From: Acidimicrobiia bacterium
Lineage (GTDB): Bacteria > Actinomycetota > Acidimicrobiia > Spongiisociales > Spongiisociaceae
Length of the DNA stretch: 64,000 bases
Assembly (NCBI GenBank): GCA_041576165.1
Contig: JBFGLM010000004.1
Span: 64,001-128,000, forward strand
Reading direction: 5' to 3'
In this document: positions 39,153 to 48,053 of the stretch, piece after piece
How positions within the stretch are numbered: position 1 is the first letter of the stretch
Layout of the letters: every line of letters starts with the position of its first letter
The notes under the pieces: generated by a model
The model's input: the letters and a program-made list of their open reading frames with translations, nothing else
What the model was told of the DNA's origin: nothing
Database searches by the model: none
Program-made: the position numbers and the translations under genes

Positions 39153-40496
39153 GTGGCCGAGGTGGCCAAGAACGATCGCCGCACGATTTTCGCGTGGGCG
39201 ATGTACGACTGGGCGAACTCGGCGTACGCAACCACTTCGGGAGCGATTGTGGCCCCCTTCTTCACCGGCGTACTGATCGGCGACGACGGGGCCTCGGTCT
39301 TCGGTGCCAGGCTCAGCGGGACCACGATCTGGTCGGCGGTGGTCTCATTCGGCGCGATGCTGCTGTTCCTGCTCATGCCTGTGCTCGGTGCGATCGCCGA
39401 TTTCTCGGCGGCCAAGCGGGCGTTTTTGCGCACGTTCGCGTTCATCGGTGCGGCAGCAACCTTCATGCTCTTCGTGGTGCCCGCGGACTGGTGGGTGCTG
39501 TTCCTGGTGGTCTTCCTGGTGAGCCAGGTCGGTTTCGTGGCCGGCAATGTCTTCTACGACGGCTTCCTCCCGCAGATCTCCACCGACGACACGGTGGACC
39601 GCATTTCATCGAAAGGTTTTGCATACGGATACATCGGCGGCGGTCTGTATCTGCTCATCGGACTCATGTACATCCTCGCGGTCGGCGACGACAACACCTT
39701 GGCGCCTCGCCTTGTGATCGCCGGGGCGGGAGTGTGGTGGTTTGCTTTCACCCAGTGGGTGATCCGGCGCCTCCCCGAGGTGGGCGAATCGGAGGAGCTG
39801 CCGGGCGAATTCGCCGACCGGAACCGGCTGGCCGCGTACACGTCGATCGGTTTTCGCCGCACGATCGCCACCGCGGTTCGGCTGCGGAGGTTCCCCCAGA
39901 TCTTGCTGTTCGTGCTCGCCTACATGTTTTACAACGACGGTACCCAGACCGTCATCAACGTTTCCGGCGCGTATGCCGAGGACACGCTGGGCTTGTCCAT
40001 AACCGCCGTGGCGATCACGTTCCTGATCGTTCAGTTCGTCGCCTTCGGCGGCGCGCTGCTGTTCGGTGTCCTCGCGGAGCGACTCGGGGCCAAACAGGCG
40101 ATTCTGGCCAATCTCGTCGTATGGAGCCTGGTGACCGTGGCCGGGTTCCTCCTGCCTGAGGGTGAAGCATTGCCGCTGTATGCGCTCGGCGCAGTCGTCG
40201 GATTGGTGCTGGGAGGTGTGCAAGCGCTCAGCCGTTCGCTCTACGCAACGATGATTCCGGAGGAGGCGTCGGCCGAGTTCTTTGGATTCTTCTCCGTATT
40301 CTCCAAATTCTCGGCGATCTGGGGCCCGTTGCTGTTCGCACTCGTCAGCGGTTTCACGGGGTCGGGCCGGCCGGCAATCCTCGCGATTGTCGTGTTCTTC
40401 GTAATCGGCGGCTACCTTTTGTCTCGCGTGGATGTAGCGGCCGCGCAGGCCTCTCGGGGCCAGTGGAATTTCGACGGGACCGACGTCACCTCATGA
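39153..40496 (+). CDS. MFS transporter (UMF1/Atg22-like)
   Basis: WAMYDWANSA, LGAIAD, GYIGGG, QALSRSLY; about 12 TM helices; GGGAGGG RBS. Confidence 0.9.
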   Translation: MAEVAKNDRRTIFAWAMYDWANSAYATTSGAIVAPFFTGVLIGDDGASVFGARLSGTTIWSAVVSFGAMLLFLLMPVLGAIADFSAAKRAFLRTFAFIGAAATFMLFVVPADWWVLFLVVFLVSQVGFVAGNVFYDGFLPQISTDDTVDRISSKGFAYGYIGGGLYLLIGLMYILAVGDDNTLAPRLVIAGAGVWWFAFTQWVIRRLPEVGESEELPGEFADRNRLAAYTSIGFRRTIATAVRLRRFPQILLFVLAYMFYNDGTQTVINVSGAYAEDTLGLSITAVAITFLIVQFVAFGGALLFGVLAERLGAKQAILANLVVWSLVTVAGFLLPEGEALPLYALGAVVGLVLGGVQALSRSLYATMIPEEASAEFFGFFSVFSKFSAIWGPLLFALVSGFTGSGRPAILAIVVFFVIGGYLLSRVDVAAAQASRGQWNFDGTDVTS

Positions 40497-40506
40497 GGAA
40501 GGCGTG

Positions 40507-40884
40507 ATGAGCGACGAAGAAGAAGCCGTCTGGGAGCAAACGCCCGAAGCGACCGATCTGAGCAACGACCTCGCACCTGACACCGTCCCGGACCGCCCGG
40601 CGCAGCCACCGGAAGGCGTGTTCTCCCGGATCCGCTGGGGTCTGATCTCTTTCATCATCCTGTCGGTGATCGTGATCGTACTGGCCGCGCAAAACACCCA
40701 GTCTGTCACGGTCAAGGCGCTCGGCTGGGAGGCAGAATTGCCGCTCATCGCCATCATCCTGATCACAGTGCTGGTCAGTGTCGTGCTCGACGAGTTGGTT
40801 GGCGTCATCATCCGGCGCCGGCGTCGGACGCGCCTGGCCGAACGCCAGGAGCTGCAGCGGCTGCGTCGCGAGCACGGGGACTAG
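40507..40884 (+). CDS. LapA-domain small membrane protein
   Basis: TM-AQNTQSVTV-LPL-TM followed by a basic coiled tail. Confidence 0.75.
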   Translation: MSDEEEAVWEQTPEATDLSNDLAPDTVPDRPAQPPEGVFSRIRWGLISFIILSVIVIVLAAQNTQSVTVKALGWEAELPLIAIILITVLVSVVLDELVGVIIRRRRRTRLAERQELQRLRREHGD

Positions 40885-40936
40885 CAGCCACCGAACCGGA
40901 CGCTACGATCCCAACCCCGCCCGAGAGGAGCCGGAC

Positions 40937-41503
40937 GTGAAGATCACTCAGGAATTCGAGGTTGCCCGCCCGATAGGTGTCGTTTGGGATTTCTTTCAGG
41001 AAGTCCCTTCGGTGGCACAGTGCCTGCCCGGTGCCGAGCTGACAGAGGACAAAGGCGACGGGGTCTACGCCGGCAAGATCACAGTCAAGCTGGGACCGAT
41101 GACGGCCGCATTCGAAGGGGAGGCGACAGTCACCCCGGACCCGGCCGGCAACACCGGCCACATCGAGGGCAAAGGCGTCGACCGGCGCGGGGGGAGTCGC
41201 GGCCAAGTCAAGGTCGACTACTCGCTCACCGAGGCTGACGGTGGTACCAAAGTGGCGGTGGACGCCGATGTGACGTTGTCCGGGGCGGCGGCCCAGTTCG
41301 GGCGGACAGGGTTGATCAACGAGATGTCGAGCCGGCTGATCGGTGAGTTCGTGACCTGTCTCGAAGCCAAGCTCGAAGCCACCACCGAGGCGGAAGCAGA
41401 GACGATCACCGCGGGAGAGGTCTCCGGCTTGTCGCTTTTCTTTTCCAGTCTCCTGGCCCGCATCAAGGATTTCTTCAAAGGACTGTTCGGGTCGAAATCC
41501 TGA
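40937..41503 (+). CDS. coxG: CoxG/SRPBCC-family protein
   Basis: VAQCLPGA, VKLGPM, LSGAAAQFGR; GAGGAG RBS before GTG. Confidence 0.82.
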   Translation: MKITQEFEVARPIGVVWDFFQEVPSVAQCLPGAELTEDKGDGVYAGKITVKLGPMTAAFEGEATVTPDPAGNTGHIEGKGVDRRGGSRGQVKVDYSLTEADGGTKVAVDADVTLSGAAAQFGRTGLINEMSSRLIGEFVTCLEAKLEATTEAEAETITAGEVSGLSLFFSSLLARIKDFFKGLFGSKS

Positions 41504-41512
41504 CCCAGCCGG

Positions 41513-42403
41513 ATGGTGAGGAGACTGGTCGGATCGCTGGCCGCCGCGGCCGTGACGCTGCTCGTGACCGGATGTGGATCAGAGTCGACTCCGACCGACA
41601 GCATCGGCCCTCCTGAGCGGAATGAGACATCCGGCACCGGGCGCGCCGGCCCGGTCGCGACCAGTCCCTCCGGAGAAACCGCACTCGTTCTCCGGGTAGA
41701 GGATGGAGACTCCATCGTGGTCGAACTCGCCGGGGCTGAAGAGAAGGTCCGCCTGATCGGCATCAACACCCCCGAGCGGGGCGAGTGCCTCGGCGACACC
41801 GCCCGAGCAGCCCTGGTCGAACTGGTCGAAGGGCGCGAAGTCGTGCTCGAAGTCGACGTCGAGACCACCGACCAGTTCGGCCGGATGCTGCGATACGTCT
41901 GGTCCGACGGCCATCTGGTCAATGCGCAGATGGCCGGCCGGGGCCTGGCGATCGCCCGGGCATTCGAACCGAACACCGGCCGCCAGCAGACCCTGGAGGA
42001 CGCCGAAGCCGTTGCCCGCCAGGAAATGGCGGGCCTGTGGGACCCGGGGGCGTGCGGCAGCAGCTCGGATGCCCGTCTGGAAATCATCGAACTCTCCGAG
42101 AACCCGCCGGGGCGCGACGAAGATGATCTGAACGGCGAATTCCTGGTGATCCGCAACGTGGGAGATGACGTTGACCTGTCGGATCACATGCTGCGGGATG
42201 GCTCGTCCGTCAACCGTTATCAGTTCCCGGATGGGTTCGTGCTCGAGGCTGGCTCGACCGTCACCATCCATGTGGGATGCGGTCAGGATGACGACGCGGC
42301 GCTGTATTGGTGTGCGTCGGGCCCGGTGTGGGACAACCGCGGCGACCAGGCGTTCGTGGTAGCGCCCGGCGGTGGATTCATCGCCACATTCGAGTATCCA
42401 TGA
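41513..42403 (+). CDS. Thermonuclease (SNase) lipoprotein with lamin-tail-like domain
   Basis: Lipobox VTGC; DGDS, VRLIGINTPE, DQFGRMLRYV, GLW; C-terminal EFLVIRN...VWDNRGD. Confidence 0.88.
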   Translation: MVRRLVGSLAAAAVTLLVTGCGSESTPTDSIGPPERNETSGTGRAGPVATSPSGETALVLRVEDGDSIVVELAGAEEKVRLIGINTPERGECLGDTARAALVELVEGREVVLEVDVETTDQFGRMLRYVWSDGHLVNAQMAGRGLAIARAFEPNTGRQQTLEDAEAVARQEMAGLWDPGACGSSSDARLEIIELSENPPGRDEDDLNGEFLVIRNVGDDVDLSDHMLRDGSSVNRYQFPDGFVLEAGSTVTIHVGCGQDDDAALYWCASGPVWDNRGDQAFVVAPGGGFIATFEYP

Positions 42404-42467
42404 CGACAGCGGAGCCGGGAGCGTGGCCACCGAGACGATGCGGCCACCCAGACAGTGCGGACGATCG

Positions 42468-43127
42468 TTAGATCGGCGCCAGCTCGATGGGAGCAGCGTT
42501 GAACGTGTAGTTGAACCGCCGGCACCAGATGGCGACTGTGCCGAAATCCTCGAGATTCACATCCGGCGGGATGTCGTAGTTCTGATTGCCCTGATTGCCT
42601 TTTAGGTCCCCAATGCTGATGAATTCACCGTCGTCGTAGAGCTCTCGATCGTCCACCAGCGGGGACGGGGACAGAATCACCACGAGGTCGGGCCCGTTGA
42701 CCACGTCGAGGTCCTCGAGGCGAACGACGCGGCTGCCGTCCTCCAGCTCGATGATCAGCACTCGCCCCGACCCCGCCCGGCCGACGTCGACCAGCTCGGT
42801 ATCGCTGAGCACCACCGGACCCGCCGGGGCTGCCGTGGTCGTCGTGGTGGGGACCGTCGTTGTGGGGACCGTCGTTGTGGTGGTGGTCGGTGTTTGGGCC
42901 GCCGTGTCGGACGGCACCTCGGTTGTCGGGGGGACGGTGGTCGCAACCGGGGTCGTGGTAGAGACGGTCGTTGCCGGATCGAGGCCGGCGGGAAGCTCTT
43001 CGTCGACCCGCTGGTCGAACAACAACCCTTGGGGCTGGAACCAAACCAAGACGATCAGCGCAACTCCGATAGCACCGATAACTCCCGCGAAGGCCAGCAC
43101 CGGATGGGCTCTGATCCACTGTTTCAT
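42468..43127 (-). CDS. DM13 domain protein, membrane-anchored, Thr-rich linker
   Basis: NGPDL, LKGNQGNQNY, VAIWCRRF. Confidence 0.85.
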   Translation of the reverse strand: MKQWIRAHPVLAFAGVIGAIGVALIVLVWFQPQGLLFDQRVDEELPAGLDPATTVSTTTPVATTVPPTTEVPSDTAAQTPTTTTTTVPTTTVPTTTTTAAPAGPVVLSDTELVDVGRAGSGRVLIIELEDGSRVVRLEDLDVVNGPDLVVILSPSPLVDDRELYDDGEFISIGDLKGNQGNQNYDIPPDVNLEDFGTVAIWCRRFNYTFNAAPIELAPI

Positions 43128-43391
43128 CGATCACTCCTCGTCGGTACGCCTCGAACAACCCGCCGACCGCTTGTCGGGTTCCTGAACATTCGGTGAACTA
43201 CTGGTAGCGTTTCCTCCCTAGTCAGTTAGGCGAGACTACCGACGCGGTGGTGCGCCTCTGGATCACTCCGGATAAAGGGTCCGGATCGACGAGGCCGAAC
43301 CTGATCGGCGCCATGCAAGGCGCGCGCTCGGGACCCAATCTCGGTATTCCTTCGCTTACACTGCCGGCTGATTGCTACGGAAGGAAACGCG

Positions 43392-43802
43392 ATGGGATTG
43401 ATGGATACCATCAAAGGGTGGTTCGGTAAGGCCAAGGACGTGGCCGACCAGGCCGTCGACAAAGCCCAGGACGTGGCGGGTGACCTCGGCGAGAAGGCCG
43501 CGCCGGTAGTCGACAAGGTCAAACACGCCGCCGGCGACGCGGTCGACAAGGTGAAAGACGTCGCCGAGGATGTCAAGCACAAAGTCGAAGACATGGTCGA
43601 CGGCGGCAAGGACGCTGCCGAATCAGCCGCCGACACCGCAGAGGACGTGGCCGGCGCGGCCGCCGAATCGGCCGCCGACACCGCAGGGGACGTGGCCGGC
43701 GCCGCCGGTGACGCAGCCGGTGACGCGGCGAGCGCGGCCGAAGATGCAGCCGATGCTGCCCAGGACGCGGCCGACGAGGTGAAGGATCAACTGGACGGCT
43801 GA
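43392..43802 (+). CDS. Ala/Asp/Lys-rich repetitive protein (LEA/hydrophilin-like)
   Basis: GGAAGGA RBS; 11-mer repeats KAKDVADQAVD, KAQDVAGDLGE, KVKHAAGDAVD, KVKDVAEDVKH; acidic tail. Confidence 0.8.
   Translation: MGLMDTIKGWFGKAKDVADQAVDKAQDVAGDLGEKAAPVVDKVKHAAGDAVDKVKDVAEDVKHKVEDMVDGGKDAAESAADTAEDVAGAAAESAADTAGDVAGAAGDAAGDAASAAEDAADAAQDAADEVKDQLDG
43617..43706 (+). repeat. 45-bp tandem repeat x2 inside the LEA-like ORF
   Basis: Encodes AESAADTAEDVAGAA and AESAADTAGDVAGAA; 3 nt differences. Confidence 0.85.
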
Positions 43803-43823
43803 CCCCATCAGCACTCTTATTCG

Positions 43824-43856
43824 GTATGGGGTCCCCGGCGGGCCCCATACTTCGTT
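43824..43856 (+). terminator. Probable terminator hairpin
   Basis: GTATGGGGTCC/GGGCCCCATAC 11-bp stem, then TTCGTT. Confidence 0.5.
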
Positions 43857-43869
43857 GTGTAGGTGAAGA

Positions 43870-45081
43870 ATGGCTGATCACATGCCGGCCGCAACCGACC
43901 CGGGGCCGGGCTGGTATCGGGTGTGGCTCCCCCGGGCCGCCGCCGCCACGCTGGTGGCGGTTGTCGTCGCCTACGGGTCGGTCTGGTTGTTCACGAGCAC
44001 GTCGGGGTTCCTCGTCACAGTCATTCTCAGCCTGTTCATCGCTTTCGCGCTGTTGCCCGCGGTTGAGAACCTGAGCGACCGGGGGATGCGTCGGGGCCTG
44101 GCCACGGCCCTGGTGATGCTCGGGGCTGCGATCGCCGGCTTCGTCTTCGTTGGGGCGTTGCTCGGAGTAGCCGTCAACCAGGTCATCCGCCTCGTGGACA
44201 ACTTGCCGGGTTACGTCGAGCAGGCCACGGAATGGCTCAACGCTTCGTTCGGGCTGGAGCTGGCTGCGGATCGGCTGATGGACGATCTCGCCATCGAGCA
44301 GACGGCGGTCGAAGACTTCGCACTCAGCGCGGCCAGCCGGGTGGTGGGGCTGGCGTCGACTGCGCTCGGGATCGTGTTTCAGGTGTTGACGATCGCGCTG
44401 TTCGTCTTCTACATCCTGGCAGATCTCCCCCGGCTCCGTACTGCGGTGCTGCGCCGGTTCGCGCCTCAGATTCAGGTGCAGGCAGACACGGTGATAGGCA
44501 TCACGATCAGCAAGGTGGGCGGATATGTCTACAGCCGCGGCCTGCTGGCAGCGATCTCAGCCGTGTTCCACTTTGTCGCGTTCCAACTGATCGGCGTTCC
44601 GTTCGCGCTGGCGCTGGCACTGTGGGTAGGCATCATCTCCCAATTCGTCCCTACCGTCGGTACTTACATCGCCGGGGTATTCCCTCTCCTGATCGCGCTG
44701 GCCGAGAACCCGACTGATGCGCTCTGGGTGCTCGGCGCGATCCTGGTGTATCAGCAGTTCGAGAACTACGCGCTGGCGCCCCGGGTGACGGCGCACACCA
44801 TGGACCTCCACCCGGCCGTTGCGTTCGGTTCTGCCATCATCGGGGCGTCCCTGCTGGGCGGTGTCGGCGCACTCCTGGCGTTGCCGGTGGCGGCCACCAT
44901 CGTGGCGCTGGTCCAGACCTATGCCGATTACTACGAGGTCGTCGGATCATCCGCTCCGATCGGCACCACCGACGAGTACGAGCAACGCATGCGCCGGGCC
45001 GTGGAGGAACGCGAGCAACGGCGGGCTTCGCGTCTGTCCGCCATGCGCGAATGGATTGGGCTCGATGACCCCTCGCCCTGA
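43870..45081 (+). CDS. AI-2E family transporter
   Basis: Multi-TM; FVPTVG, YQQFENY..PR, LHP, GALLALP. Confidence 0.9.
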   Translation: MADHMPAATDPGPGWYRVWLPRAAAATLVAVVVAYGSVWLFTSTSGFLVTVILSLFIAFALLPAVENLSDRGMRRGLATALVMLGAAIAGFVFVGALLGVAVNQVIRLVDNLPGYVEQATEWLNASFGLELAADRLMDDLAIEQTAVEDFALSAASRVVGLASTALGIVFQVLTIALFVFYILADLPRLRTAVLRRFAPQIQVQADTVIGITISKVGGYVYSRGLLAAISAVFHFVAFQLIGVPFALALALWVGIISQFVPTVGTYIAGVFPLLIALAENPTDALWVLGAILVYQQFENYALAPRVTAHTMDLHPAVAFGSAIIGASLLGGVGALLALPVAATIVALVQTYADYYEVVGSSAPIGTTDEYEQRMRRAVEEREQRRASRLSAMREWIGLDDPSP

Positions 45082-45694
45082 TCTGGAATTCGACCACCTG
45101 GTGGCCGCGGTCGCAGATCTGTCCACGGGTGCTCGTGAACTGCATGAGCGAACAGGACTGGCTGCAGTGCCGGGCGGCCGCCATCCCGGCCACGGCACCC
45201 ACAACGCGATCGTTCCCCTCGGCGCTGGGTACATCGAGCTGGTCGCGATCGAGAGCCCAGTGGACGCCGAGACGAGCCCATTCGGGCGGGCAGTGGCCGC
45301 CCGCATCGCCACCGGTGGCGGCCTGTTTGCAGTTTGTCTGCGGACAGCGGCGATCGAGCCGGTCACCGCGAGTCTTGGGCTCGAGACGGCAGGCATGGAG
45401 CGGGAAATGCCCGACGGCACGACGCTTACTTGGAAGCTGGCCGGTTTGGCCGAAGCACTGGATCGCCGCCTCCCGTTCTTCATCGAGTGGTCCGTGGAGC
45501 CGGATCGTCATCCGGGACGTGCCTCCGCCGATCATCGGGTGACCCCCACCGGCATCGCCTGGGTAGAGGTGCCCGTCGACGCTGCCTTCCTCGCTCGGTG
45601 GGTCGGAGCATCGAAACTGGACCTCCGCCCAGTAGGCCCCGACGCGCCCATGCGGGCGGCCATCAACACGGCCGAGGGACTGATCGGCATCTGA
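45065..45694 (+). CDS. VOC family protein (glyoxalase-like)
   Basis: FDHLV, PGGRHPGHGTHNA, YIELVA, LPFFIEW. Confidence 0.85.
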   Translation: MTPRPDLEFDHLVAAVADLSTGARELHERTGLAAVPGGRHPGHGTHNAIVPLGAGYIELVAIESPVDAETSPFGRAVAARIATGGGLFAVCLRTAAIEPVTASLGLETAGMEREMPDGTTLTWKLAGLAEALDRRLPFFIEWSVEPDRHPGRASADHRVTPTGIAWVEVPVDAAFLARWVGASKLDLRPVGPDAPMRAAINTAEGLIGI

Positions 45695-45738
45695 CCACGG
45701 TCGGTTTGCTCTACCCTCTCCGGTGGAGGTGGTGGCCA

Positions 45739-46212
45739 ATGAACGACAACGTCGTCTATCGGTCCCGGACCCGCATCGAGCGGCTTCGAGGACCCCTGCG
45801 CCGGGCGTGGGTGCCTGCCCGGCCCGACCCAATCACCTATGGCGTCCATTCGGAGATCGCCGAGCACTACGGGGTCGACCCCGAGCAATATCCGCCGGAC
45901 ACGACGACGATCGACTACGTGATCGCAGCTGCCGGCGGCTGACTGACGGGCACCTTCGGGGGCGCGCTGGAGGCGCGCGGCATCAATGCAAGCAATGGCA
46001 ACCTCGTCGGTCATGTCGAAGGGCAGGTAGAGAAGGAAGACGGCGTGCTCGTCATCCGCCGTATCCACGTGCGCTACGAGCTGGCTGACGTAGAGAACGA
46101 GGCACTTCGGACAAAGGCGGAGCGAGCACACGGGCTCCATGCCGAGAAATGTCCGGTGGCTCGCTCCATCCGCGACGCGATCGAGATCAGCACCGAACTC
46201 TTATACGTGTGA
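45739..46212 (+). CDS. OsmC/Ohr-family protein with in-frame UGA at codon 68 (probable selenocysteine)
   Basis: GGAGGTGG RBS; ...DYVIAAAGG-UGA-LTGTFGGALEARG... continues in frame to HAEKCPVARSI and TGA 46210-46212 (157 aa). Confidence 0.85.
45943..45980 (+). promoter_or_regulatory. Candidate bacterial SECIS element
   Basis: GCGCGC(T)-GGA-(G)GCGCGC stem-loop at 45962-45978, loop about 26 nt after the UGA, G at the start of the loop. Confidence 0.6.
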
Positions 46213-46841
46213 CCTCGCCCGCCGGTCTGGAGCCGAACGCCGACCAGCTTCTGGCCGCCCGGCGCATCGCGCTGGGTCTCGCCCGCATCGCCTACCTCGG
46301 AGACAGGGCAGAAGTGGACACCGCGTGGGAGGCTATCCCCGACCCCGCAGCTTCCGCGCTGTTGCTGGCGATCGGTGACGCGGTTTCGGGCCCCGATCCG
46401 GCCGCGACGCTGGCCGACATCGCCGGCCACCTCCACGACCTCGAATGGGCCGACGACGCGTCGACCGAGTTGCTAGGAGTCCGGGTGATCGGCGTTGGGT
46501 CAATGGGCGCCATCACACGTCACGTGTTGGAGGCCATGGTCGGGTATGACACTGTTCTGCCCGACGTGATCGTTCCCAACCTATCGATTGCTCGCGGGCT
46601 CGGATATCTGGGCCTGCGCGTCGAGATCGGGGACATCGCAGCCGCTGAGACTCTCCTGATTCCGGGCATCGCCCGTCACCGCTACACGGTCTGGACCACG
46701 AAGCTGCTGGCGGATGCCGCGGTGCGGGCGCTGGTGAACGGGGCGCGACGGATTTCGGTCGTTCATCCTCTAGCGCGGCTGGACGACGAACGGCGGGCTC
46801 GCTTCCGGCCACCAGACTCCGCAGTCGAGGTCACTGCGTGA
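46209..46841 (+). CDS. Hypothetical protein
   Basis: GTGA-coupled to the OsmC-like gene; helical N-terminus and alpha/beta C-terminus. Confidence 0.7.
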   Translation: MTSPAGLEPNADQLLAARRIALGLARIAYLGDRAEVDTAWEAIPDPAASALLLAIGDAVSGPDPAATLADIAGHLHDLEWADDASTELLGVRVIGVGSMGAITRHVLEAMVGYDTVLPDVIVPNLSIARGLGYLGLRVEIGDIAAAETLLIPGIARHRYTVWTTKLLADAAVRALVNGARRISVVHPLARLDDERRARFRPPDSAVEVTA

Positions 46842-46856
46842 CCACATCTGCTCGAG

Positions 46857-47978
46857 TCAGACCCGCGCAGCGACGTAATCGATCGACGCAGTCAAGGCCT
46901 CCACGTCTTCGGTGGGTATGGCCGGCCATAGCCCGATCCGCAGCTGGTTGCGGCCGAGCTTCCGGTACGAATCAATGTCGATCACGCCGTGGGCCCGCAA
47001 CACCGCGGACACCACCTCCGCAGGAACAACATCGGCGAAATCGATCGTGCCGGTCACCGGCGACCGCTGGACGGGATCCGCCACGAACGGCGCCGCATAC
47101 CCGGACCGCTCGGCCCACCCGTAGAGCACCGCCGCGTTGGCTGCGCTGGCGCCGGTCGACCATTCCAACCCACCTCGGCGCAACATCCAGTCAACGGAAT
47201 CCGCCAGCATGAACAATGTGGCGAGGCCCGGGGTGTTGTAGGTCTGGTTCTTGCGGCTGTTCTCGAGGGCGATGGCGAGCGACAAAAACGGCGGCGCATA
47301 GCGGCCCGATGCCGAAATCTGTCGAATCCGCTCCACAGCAGCCGGGCTGCACAGCGCCACCCAAAGCCCGCCGTCACCGCCGAACGCCTTCTGGGGCGAG
47401 AAGTAATACAAGTCAAACTCGGGGGCGGCGACCGGTATCGCGCCGGCGGCGGAGGTGGCATCAACGACAGTCAACCCGTCGGCCGGGATCCGCCGGACCG
47501 GCATCGTGACGCCGGTCGAGGTCTCGTTGTGCGTCAGCGCGTACGTGTCCACCCCTCCCACCGGCTCGACCTCGGGGTGGGTGCCGACATCCGATTCGAT
47601 TTCTGTCGGCTCGTCTAGATGTGGCGCCATGGATACCGCCGCGGCGAACTTCGACGAGAACTCACCGAACACGGCATGGTGCGACCGGTGCTCGATGAGC
47701 CCGAAAGCGGCCGCATCCCAGAAGGCGGTGGCACCCCCATTGCCGAGTAGCACCTCATACCCGTCCGGCAGCGAGAAGAGCTCGGCCAGCCCGGCCCTCA
47801 TCCTCCCCACGAGATCGCGCACCGCCATCTGGCGATGGCTGGTACCCATGTAGGAAGATCCGGTCGCAGAGAGTGCGGCGAGCGTCTCGGTCCGCACACG
47901 GGTCGGGCCCGAACCGAACCGGCCATCTCGCGGGAGCAGGTCTGGTGGAATCGAAATCGTAGGAAGCTGTTGCGTCAT
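46857..47978 (-). CDS. serC: Phosphoserine aminotransferase (actinobacterial type)
   Basis: DGRFGSGP, GTSHRQ, HNETSTG, FSPQK, QTYNTP, YRKLGRNQLR. Confidence 0.94.
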   Translation of the reverse strand: MTQQLPTISIPPDLLPRDGRFGSGPTRVRTETLAALSATGSSYMGTSHRQMAVRDLVGRMRAGLAELFSLPDGYEVLLGNGGATAFWDAAAFGLIEHRSHHAVFGEFSSKFAAAVSMAPHLDEPTEIESDVGTHPEVEPVGGVDTYALTHNETSTGVTMPVRRIPADGLTVVDATSAAGAIPVAAPEFDLYYFSPQKAFGGDGGLWVALCSPAAVERIRQISASGRYAPPFLSLAIALENSRKNQTYNTPGLATLFMLADSVDWMLRRGGLEWSTGASAANAAVLYGWAERSGYAAPFVADPVQRSPVTGTIDFADVVPAEVVSAVLRAHGVIDIDSYRKLGRNQLRIGLWPAIPTEDVEALTASIDYVAARV

Positions 47979-48053
47979 GCCCGTTTAGTGTTGCGTCGGA
48001 GCGCGAGCGTATACGTGGGCGCACGAACATGAAACTCGATACGGAGTGACGGC

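Noticed and set aside
40937-41503. CO dehydrogenase system inferred from coxG plus the molybdoenzyme trimer
   Set aside because: The large subunit has AMRGFG rather than the CoxL AYxCSFR motif and sits beside a purine deaminase; coxG is about 8 kb away.
42847-42880. 15-bp tandem repeat and other Thr/Ser-rich repeats (also near 38810-38840 and 61600-61740)
   Set aside because: They encode low-complexity linkers of exported proteins; not CRISPR or mobile repeats.
43347-43386. Anti-SD pairing TTCCTTC/GAAGGAA upstream of the LEA-like gene
   Set aside because: A TACACT -10-like box at 43357-43362 would start transcription downstream of the anti-SD arm.
45739-46212. OsmC gene as a nonsense pseudogene
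   Set aside because: The stop is UGA at the expected catalytic Cys position, both halves are intact and a hairpin follows; Sec recoding fits better, though it is unproven.
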